From a virus (Duplodnaviria > Caudoviricetes), in the IMG/VR virus record IMGVR_UViG_3300040985_001478, positions 1 through 30,964 of that record: 30,964 nt of DNA; one strand, written 5' to 3'. The notes under the pieces were generated by a model. The model was not told where the DNA came from, did not search any database, and was given only the letters and a program-made list of their open reading frames with translations. Below, one piece after another: positions 9,002 through 15,762 of this stretch. Both the position numbers and the translations under genes were made by a program. The first letter of the stretch is position 1. Every line of letters starts with the position of its first letter.

Positions 9002-10059
9002 GCTACACCATTACCAAAGCTAGAACCAACTTCAACATCAACTGCCAAAGGTGCTCTAAGATTGATGTTGAAGTTTTCTTTTAGGTAATGGTAATTCACC
9101 ATCTCATCCTTCACGATCTCCACAACCTTTCGAGTCTCATCCTTCGGGGCGATAAGTTCAATAGAGTCGTGGACAGTCGCTACTACCTTTGCCTTCATGC
9201 CTTTAAGTCTGTTGATTACCCCCATCATACCACATAGCAAAATATCGCTAGCAGCCGATTGAATCGTAAAGTTAAGACCCTGCCTAAATGACTCTCTTCG
9301 AATGTTCTTAAAGGGAGATCTTACATTAGGCAAGTGACGGTATCTTCCAAAGATTGTTTTAGCGTATCCAAACTGCTTAATGTAATCGTCAATCGTATTC
9401 ATGTAACGACCAACTCCAGGGAAAGCTCGCATCCACGAGTCAATAATCTCTTGGGCACGATCTTCAGGCATATTGTGCTTGGACGCAAGAGTAAAAGCTG
9501 TGCCTCCATATACTGTTAGGAAGCTTACAGCCTTAGCAATCTGGCGTTCAAGTTTGGTTACCTCACTAGGATCCTTATTAAAGGTTAACCCTGCTGAGTA
9601 GCTGTGAAGGTCCACACCAGTCTCGAATGCCTTGATCATATTAGCTTCGCGAGCTACATGGGCAAGAACTCGTAGCTCCATACCTGAGTAGTCAACAGTA
9701 ATAAAATCATGCCCCTTGGGTGCTACAACGTAATCCCTGATATTAACATCCAAGGACTCTCTGGGTAACGTATGGAAACTAACTCCAATCTTGTCAGACT
9801 TCTTTCTACCGATACTCGCACCAGAATTGGAAATACGTCCGGTAACAGTCCCGGTAATATTATAATTACAGTAGATCCTACCAGTTCCAGTATTCTTTAA
9901 GGAGTCTCGAACCCCCTCAATATAAGTTGAGTGTAACTTGTTATACTTCTTATACTCAGACAAACGATCAAAGAACTGCTTGGCTGAAATAACATCCTCG
10001 TCAGACATCCCAGCCAAGACAGACTTCGCGATTGCTACTTCCTCATTACCTCTAGCCAT
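8962..10059 (-). CDS. Family A DNA polymerase, part 3 (C-terminal thumb, palm and fingers)
   Basis: EYKKYNKLHSTY, TVTGRIS, motif A DYSGMELRVLAH, DLH, motif B RQIAKAVSFLTVYG, NFTIQSAASD and motif C TVHDS; SD-like GAGGT 7 nt before the ATG. Confidence 0.93.
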   Translation of the reverse strand: MARGNEEVAIAKSVLAGMSDEDVISAKQFFDRLSEYKKYNKLHSTYIEGVRDSLKNTGTGRIYCNYNITGTVTGRISNSGASIGRKKSDKIGVSFHTLPRESLDVNIRDYVVAPKGHDFITVDYSGMELRVLAHVAREANMIKAFETGVDLHSYSAGLTFNKDPSEVTKLERQIAKAVSFLTVYGGTAFTLASKHNMPEDRAQEIIDSWMRAFPGVGRYMNTIDDYIKQFGYAKTIFGRYRHLPNVRSPFKNIRRESFRQGLNFTIQSAASDILLCGMMGVINRLKGMKAKVVATVHDSIELIAPKDETRKVVEIVKDEMVNYHYLKENFNINLRAPLAVDVEVGSSFGNGVAYGSGKVVSGVNA

Positions 10060-10579
10060 TGTTGAGACCTCTAGAAATGTATTCCTCTTCTACCATGTTT
10101 TTAACTTTTGAAAGAGTCTCCTCGTTAGTAGAGGGTGCTCCTTTCTTAGTAAACTCAAAAGGATAGAGCTTAAGCCCAAAGTCATCCGATTGCATCCACT
10201 TACCCTCATCATCTTTGAAAAAAGAGTAAATAACATTAATCAACTGAGTTGTCGAGTTTAAGTTAGTCCCCTCTTCTAGTCCTGCTGCTAGTCTAAGATC
10301 AGCGTCAGCGTGCTTAATCTTCTCCTGCAATTCCTGATCTAATTGATTTAGCTTTGCCTCATCAATCAATAGACCTTCAAATTCCATGTCTCGAAAAACG
10401 AGAGATAAAGGTGAGATCAACTTTTCATACAGCTTCTCCAGTCCCTTCTCCTTAACCTCCTCCAACAGCTTTGCATACACTCTGGCTGTAAGGTCTGTAT
10501 CTTTAGCATTACCCTCTACACAGTCTTTGAGGGGTATGTTTTTGAAATCGAACTTGCTTGCGTTTTTAACTGATAACAT
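10052..10579 (-). CDS. Family A DNA polymerase, part 2 (ExoIII helix and N-terminal thumb)
   Basis: GNAKDTDLT (ExoIII-like), LYEKLISPLSLVFRDMEFEGLLID, NLNSTTQL and TKKGAPSTNEETL are collinear with the Pol I middle region. Confidence 0.88.
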   Translation of the reverse strand: MLSVKNASKFDFKNIPLKDCVEGNAKDTDLTARVYAKLLEEVKEKGLEKLYEKLISPLSLVFRDMEFEGLLIDEAKLNQLDQELQEKIKHADADLRLAAGLEEGTNLNSTTQLINVIYSFFKDDEGKWMQSDDFGLKLYPFEFTKKGAPSTNEETLSKVKNMVEEEYISRGLNNG

Positions 10580-11610
10580 TAGAAGGTCTCATTGGGGAAG
10601 TAATACTTTGCAAGGTCTGCTAAACTCTTAGGAATGTTCTCGTCAATAAAGTGTTGGAGAATCTTAGTATCAAAGACGTTATACACCTCCTCAACCCCAT
10701 ACCTCTTAAGAAACTTAAGATCGAATCCACAGTTCTGCATTACCTTCCTATTGGTTTTACTCTTCATCATATCGCATACGAACTTCATGAAAGCACCTTT
10801 CGCAGCATACCCAAGTTTAGCCTCTTTATGATCAATAGGCAACACTAAAGTCCCATGCAACTCCCCAGTTTCCCTATCCACTAGCGTCATAGAAACTGTA
10901 TGAATCGTATCGTGAAGAAAGTCTAAACCAGTAGTCTCCAAGTCTAAAGCAACATCAAACTCTGTATTGAGATATGTCTCCTTCACCTTGTTCAAATCAT
11001 CTATGCTAAGGCATAAAGTATATGGCGTGTGAGCCTCTACAGACCTCCCTAGTAGCTCGTTTTCAAAGGCGACACTTATATCCTTTGAGAATAGAAAGGC
11101 GTTCTTAGGCTCTGCTACGACCTGGAAAGGGTGAATAATCGGCACTACCTTGAACTTATGGCCGTTATCGGTCTCCATGAAGTCCGTCTTACCTCTGACC
11201 TTCCCTGATTCCTTGTTTCTACCATAAAGCATGTTGGTGGCTACGGCTCCACATGCAAACACCAGCTTAGGCTGGTAGCGATCAATAGTATCGAATAGGT
11301 GTGCCTTGCAAGACTTTCGAATGCCTGCACTTAAATTGTCCGCTGTAATGCTAGGGCATTTAACAGCAGTCGTAAATGCAACCTCCCAGTCACCTTCTTG
11401 GCGACTCAACTCTTCTCTAATGACCCTATACTCATTAGGTCGAAAGGCAGTATACTCCCCCTCAAACATCTTAGGTGAGTCAGATAAAAACAAGACATCA
11501 CAAGGCTCCCCATACTCGTAGTCTAAGATTGTGTGTTTTGGGAGCGGCATTTTCAAAGCAGGGCACCCCTCGCATTTGGGATTCTCGCCTTTGAAACTTA
11601 AGTTGGACAT
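10579..11610 (-). CDS. Family A DNA polymerase, part 1 (UDG family 4-like Fe-S domain plus ExoI/ExoII of the 3'-5' exonuclease)
   Basis: CEGC...VLFLSDSP...AVKC...C...IIHP (UDG4-like); ALDLETTGLD (ExoI), QNCGFDLKFL (ExoII), DTKIL and SLADLAKYY. Confidence 0.88.
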   Translation of the reverse strand: MSNLSFKGENPKCEGCPALKMPLPKHTILDYEYGEPCDVLFLSDSPKMFEGEYTAFRPNEYRVIREELSRQEGDWEVAFTTAVKCPSITADNLSAGIRKSCKAHLFDTIDRYQPKLVFACGAVATNMLYGRNKESGKVRGKTDFMETDNGHKFKVVPIIHPFQVVAEPKNAFLFSKDISVAFENELLGRSVEAHTPYTLCLSIDDLNKVKETYLNTEFDVALDLETTGLDFLHDTIHTVSMTLVDRETGELHGTLVLPIDHKEAKLGYAAKGAFMKFVCDMMKSKTNRKVMQNCGFDLKFLKRYGVEEVYNVFDTKILQHFIDENIPKSLADLAKYYFPNETF

Positions 11611-11627
11611 AAGACTATGATAGTGTA
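11611..11627. promoter_or_regulatory. Putative bidirectional leaderless promoter, palindrome ACTATGATAGT (11614-11624)
   Basis: TATGAT (+) and TATCAT (-) each lie exactly 6 nt from the divergent start codons GTG 11628 and ATG 11610. Confidence 0.65.
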
Positions 11628-11993
11628 GTGGGAAATTATATTGATAATGTAAAATTCGAAGAACTTATTCAAGAATTCAAAGGTGGAGATAGAAGCCACG
11701 AAAATGAACTCTTTGAAATGTTTGATGTGCTTATTGGTCGATTAATGCTTTCCTTTAGGTTTAACGTAGACCATGAGGAAGCAAAACAAGAATGCTTCCT
11801 ACTTATAATAAAGGTTCTGAACAACTTCAACAGGGAATCTGGTCAAGCGTTCAATTACTTTACTACAGTTATACTCAACAACTTAAGACTCATCTACTCT
11901 AAAAATAAGAAGTATAATGAGAAACTTGAGGCTTACAGGTGCCACAAAACCGGGAACTATATTCCCAGTTCTGCTCCGATCGCACCATTGTAA
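11628..11993 (+). CDS. Late-transcription sigma factor, T4 gp55-like (short)
   Basis: NYIDN...EAKQEC...NNFNRESGQAFNYFTTVILNN resembles the gp55/sigma region 2 pattern (NYVNN...NFD...PFAYFT); GTG start. Confidence 0.78.
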   Translation: MGNYIDNVKFEELIQEFKGGDRSHENELFEMFDVLIGRLMLSFRFNVDHEEAKQECFLLIIKVLNNFNRESGQAFNYFTTVILNNLRLIYSKNKKYNEKLEAYRCHKTGNYIPSSAPIAPL

Positions 11994-12388
11994 GAAACCA
12001 GTCTTGGGAATGATTTATGAACAACCACTAGTAAAGGGAGTTGATCATAAGATTGCAAGCATAAAGTGGAAACAGTCTCTCGATGAGACTTAATCACCAT
12101 ACGAATTGCAGCCAACGGGTCCCGATAATTAGGATAGTTTCCTGGATTACTGTTTTGAATGTCCGACCTAATATCAAACAGGTCAATAACATTAAGATCA
12201 ACAGAATCCTCCTCATAAGGACCGTCCCAATCTAACTTCGAGTTAAAGTAGTTGCAGACTTTATCCCATTGATTTACAATGAGATAATATGCTGAATTCT
12301 TAGACTCAATGTTATCTTTAACAATGGACTTTAAGTGTCCAATGTTTCGGATCTTAACTGGTTTGAAATTAGTCTTCTGCTTTTGCAT
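11957..12388 (-). CDS. Hypothetical protein, possible degenerate thioredoxin fold
   Basis: YYLIVNQWDKVC (WCxxC-like, first Cys lost), LNVID strand and QLPLLVVV (cis-Pro-like). Confidence 0.55.
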   Translation of the reverse strand: MQKQKTNFKPVKIRNIGHLKSIVKDNIESKNSAYYLIVNQWDKVCNYFNSKLDWDGPYEEDSVDLNVIDLFDIRSDIQNSNPGNYPNYRDPLAAIRMVIKSHRETVSTLCLQSYDQLPLLVVVHKSFPRLVSYNGAIGAELGI

Positions 12389-12692
12389 CCGTAGCTTCCT
12401 CTACAGGAGTTTCGGTATCGACTGCTCTCTCTGACTCTAGAGCTTGTTCAGCCTGTTCCTTTTGATTCTGTTCAACCAAACTACGAATTTGCTCTGTCAT
12501 CTGGTTACAGCCAGCAAAGAAAATCTGCTTATAAAAAGTCTCATCCTCTAGTTCTGGTGGCTTGAGCTTGCAAAAGTTCTTGAAACCTTCGGCTTCTTCT
12601 TTGGAAAATTTAATCTGAATCTTCATGCGTCCTCTCGATCTTTCGGTTAATTTAATTTTAGCATCTTTTAACGAAAATGATACTGAATCCAT
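12369..12692 (-). CDS. Hypothetical protein
   Basis: 107-aa ORF preceded by TATAAT at 6 nt; overlaps the downstream gene start. Confidence 0.75.
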   Translation of the reverse strand: MDSVSFSLKDAKIKLTERSRGRMKIQIKFSKEEAEGFKNFCKLKPPELEDETFYKQIFFAGCNQMTEQIRSLVEQNQKEQAEQALESERAVDTETPVEEATDAKAED

Positions 12693-12695
12693 GGA

Positions 12696-12706
12696 ACTAT
12701 TATAGT
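12696..12706. promoter_or_regulatory. Second palindromic bidirectional promoter candidate, ACTATTATAGT
   Basis: TATAAT (-) lies 6 nt before ATG 12692; TATTAT (+) is followed by AGGAG (12709-12713) and ATG 12722. Confidence 0.6.
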
Positions 12707-12721
12707 CTAGGAGTTTTCGAA

Positions 12722-13243
12722 ATGAAGGATAATTTTGACGTTACGCCATTGAAAAAGAAGAAGAAGGTTAATTCAAGAGCGAAAGGTAATAGATTTGAGA
12801 ATAAGATAGCAAAGATCTTGAATGATAGATTTAAGACCAAGGAGTTCTGTAGGAGTCCTGGGTCAGGTGCATTTGCTACTACCCATACTCTCCCTTCTTA
12901 TTTAAAGATTTATGGAGACCTTATAACCCCAGAGAAATTTAAATTCGTTCTTGAAATCAAGAAGGGATACAACGAAGAAAAAGTAAGTGATCTACTAAAT
13001 CCTAAATCTCAAATATTTAATATGATAGCTCAAGCTCATCGAGATTCTAAAAAATCTTCTAGAAAGTTTATTTTAATTATTGGGCAAGATCGTAGAGAAC
13101 CCGTGGCTATAACTAATGAATTAAATCTACCAGTCAAAGGTCCGAGTTTTAAAGGATCATTTGAAGACTTAGAAGTTTCAATGTTTAGGTTAAGTGATTT
13201 ATTGAGTATTAAGGATTCTTACTTTTTCCTTAATGATGTCTAA
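12722..13243 (+). CDS. Holliday junction resolvase, Hjc-like PD-(D/E)xK
   Basis: NSRAKGNRFE, RSPGSGA, GDLI and EIKK motifs; start revised to ATG 12722, after SD AGGAG. Confidence 0.82.
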   Translation: MKDNFDVTPLKKKKKVNSRAKGNRFENKIAKILNDRFKTKEFCRSPGSGAFATTHTLPSYLKIYGDLITPEKFKFVLEIKKGYNEEKVSDLLNPKSQIFNMIAQAHRDSKKSSRKFILIIGQDRREPVAITNELNLPVKGPSFKGSFEDLEVSMFRLSDLLSIKDSYFFLNDV

Positions 13244-15691
13244 AGCTTCCGTGAGCTTAAACAAATCATCAAGCACGGTAGCAGCGTCCTCTCTACTTTC
13301 CTCCTGACCCATTGATGCATTTCTAGTTGAAGCATTCTTAATAGAAGTTGCGGATCGGTAAGCAATCCACTTGCCATCTTTATAGGTTACAGAAATAGTT
13401 CTATTTGGATCAGAAGCATAGCTAAAAGTTAAAGATCCCTTACTAGGTTGAAAGTTCCATCTGCCATCTTTGGCCTTTATGGAATCAAGGGCAGATTGCA
13501 TCTCACCATTTTGAGTAGACACGTATGAAGCCATCTCATCTAAAGCATCGACCTGGAATACTGTACTGTTCCTAGCAGACCCTCCAGCAACATTAAATAC
13601 GGAAAGAGCATACAAAGCAGCTTTTCGATTCTCTTTCTCACCCTTCGCTGCCATTGTTTCAATCTTTGAAAGAGTGGTCATTTTGAACAGTTTATCCTTT
13701 ATCTTATCCTCAAACTTCTTGTCGGTCATCTTGGGATCACTAGCTTTCATGGCTTTGATGTATTCTTTCAACTCAGATAAATCGACATTCTCTTTTATCT
13801 CTTTAAAAGTCTTGTTCCTTTCAAGATGTGATACTAAACTATTAGCATAAGTTTTTAAAGAATTCTCAGTTATGACTCCATCCTTTGTCTTGATCTGAAC
13901 TTTAGACGATAGTTTATCGACGCTACCACTAATAGAGTTTATTTCTCTTTGAATTGCCCTGTTTGAAGCTTGATCGGGTTTAGAGATTTTACTATTAAAG
14001 TTTTGAGCACGGGGATCCTCACCCTTTAAGATAGTTTCACTAACCATACTAGCAGTAGTTTCCCCCTGTTTAGCAGAGCTTAGTCTGAGTAATGTCTTCA
14101 AGCTTACCTCAGAAGTATACAACATCTGGTCCTCGCTCTTAATAACTCCTGCTTTGATATACCTACCCAGAAGTTTAGGGTTATTCTTGAATACCTCAGA
14201 GGCAGGTGCTTCTGCAATATCATCCTCTGTGACTCGGGATTTTGTCTCTCCCCCAATCTGATACTCCTCACTCTTACGCAAACCCACTAATGCCTCTTCA
14301 CGGGATCCCCAACATTCTAAAACGTCCTGCTTATTCCCCTTTCCAACCTGTTCAGCGACTTGCACTGTAACCAGTGGCTTTCTTAATCTAGATGTTGTCG
14401 CCGCCATGGTAAGTATAGCAGTCATGAACCTCATAGTTTTTTCTTTATCACCTACAATTTCGGAGATAGTTTCAATCTCTGCTTGCTCTTCCTCGCTAAC
14501 AACCGCACCCTGCGATTTATCAATCCAAGACTCTCGCTGCTCATTGAGGTTTGAAAGTAAGTCTAAAACTTCTTTTGATTTTTCCACTACTATTTCTTGT
14601 AAGGCTATGATCTCTGGGGTTTCTACACCCTTTCCAGCAGCAGCCTTCGCTCTCACAAGGCTTGTAAGGTCCGTGCCGACCACCTTAGCAATCTCCCCTA
14701 ACGTCCCTCTAATATTACTTTCAGCCCCTACACTCCCTGCCACAACCGCTTTAGTAGCCGACTGAGGTTCTAAAGAACATCCCGCCATACCCATTAGACC
14801 CTTAAGAGATCTGCTAGCAGACTCAGAGTTAAACACCCTACCGGACCACCCTCGACCCTCTTCATCCATTTCAGTGTAAACGGTTACACCAAATAAACCA
14901 CCACCCTCAGTCACTTTAAACTTACCACAAGCCTCTTTTTTAGAAGACTCGTCACCAGTTGCCGCTTTTGCTAGGATAGTTAAAGCTTTTGATATTTCCA
15001 AGGACTGGCTAGCAATCGCAGGCTCAGAGCCAATAAGGTATTGACCTGTTACCCCGTCGAACCTTAATACAGGAACATCGTTTACGAGTTGTCTCTCGAC
15101 GTTACCTACTTGATTTCCCCTTAAAAATTGTAGGTGCTTTTTGCAAGAATCCCACTCAGGTCCGGGCCTGAACTTTACCACCCCCTGATAGTCTGGATTT
15201 ATCTGACCGTCCTCAGTGCATAAGGCTTGGGTAGCAAGCTGTTCAAACTCATTAACATTTGACACTAACTCCTCAACAATTTCAGGATTATTTTTTGCCA
15301 TGCCCGACTTAAAAACAGACTGAAGCCTCTTACGGCGATCTTTCCTGTCCTTCTCTTCTTTACTTGTACCTCCTTCTCCAAATAGACCAACAAACTCAGC
15401 CCATCCATCAGATGTCGTTAAGTCATGTGGATGAAAGTTATTGACCTTGCCGTCCGAGCCTACAAGTCCTCCAATCGGATGCTTATCGCTGCCTTTGATA
15501 TATACTCCTATAGTCTTCCCATTAGATGCCACTACTTTGGCGGGGTTGCTAAAGGAAGCCTTATTCGCAATTGCAGTATCCTTAAGTTGTGTAGCCTGCA
15601 CTTCAGGATCTAAGCCCTCCTCCTCCAATAGCCTAAGCTTGCGACCTTTAACTCGACTAAAACTTTCCAATAACTCAGTGAAAAAATCCAT
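13199..15691 (-). CDS. Large hypothetical protein, possibly virion-packaged, with PD-(D/E)xK-like motifs
   Basis: N-terminus MDFFTELLES...LRLLEE (LxE sites); internal RGTLGE...KQDV...EVSLK. Confidence 0.55.
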   Translation of the reverse strand: MDFFTELLESFSRVKGRKLRLLEEEGLDPEVQATQLKDTAIANKASFSNPAKVVASNGKTIGVYIKGSDKHPIGGLVGSDGKVNNFHPHDLTTSDGWAEFVGLFGEGGTSKEEKDRKDRRKRLQSVFKSGMAKNNPEIVEELVSNVNEFEQLATQALCTEDGQINPDYQGVVKFRPGPEWDSCKKHLQFLRGNQVGNVERQLVNDVPVLRFDGVTGQYLIGSEPAIASQSLEISKALTILAKAATGDESSKKEACGKFKVTEGGGLFGVTVYTEMDEEGRGWSGRVFNSESASRSLKGLMGMAGCSLEPQSATKAVVAGSVGAESNIRGTLGEIAKVVGTDLTSLVRAKAAAGKGVETPEIIALQEIVVEKSKEVLDLLSNLNEQRESWIDKSQGAVVSEEEQAEIETISEIVGDKEKTMRFMTAILTMAATTSRLRKPLVTVQVAEQVGKGNKQDVLECWGSREEALVGLRKSEEYQIGGETKSRVTEDDIAEAPASEVFKNNPKLLGRYIKAGVIKSEDQMLYTSEVSLKTLLRLSSAKQGETTASMVSETILKGEDPRAQNFNSKISKPDQASNRAIQREINSISGSVDKLSSKVQIKTKDGVITENSLKTYANSLVSHLERNKTFKEIKENVDLSELKEYIKAMKASDPKMTDKKFEDKIKDKLFKMTTLSKIETMAAKGEKENRKAALYALSVFNVAGGSARNSTVFQVDALDEMASYVSTQNGEMQSALDSIKAKDGRWNFQPSKGSLTFSYASDPNRTISVTYKDGKWIAYRSATSIKNASTRNASMGQEESREDAATVLDDLFKLTEALDIIKEKVRILNTQ

Positions 15692-15708
15692 AACTTATAA
15701 TAGACAAA

Positions 15709-15740
15709 TAGCCCTCTCCCTTATTTAGAGGAGAAGGCTA
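15709..15740 (-). terminator. Hairpin after the tail tube gene (probable terminator)
   Basis: Minus strand TAGCCTTCTCCT-CTAAATAA-GGGAGAGGGCTA then TTTGT: 12-bp stem with two G-U pairs. Confidence 0.65.
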
Positions 15741-15762
15741 CTCGGATTAGGCTAAGAGGTTA

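Noticed and set aside
10040-10600. Stop-codon reassignment, split intein or intron as the explanation for the polymerase split
   Set aside because: The parts are in different frames, TAA, TAG and TGA all act as normal stops in the window, there are no intein terminal motifs and there is no intervening sequence.
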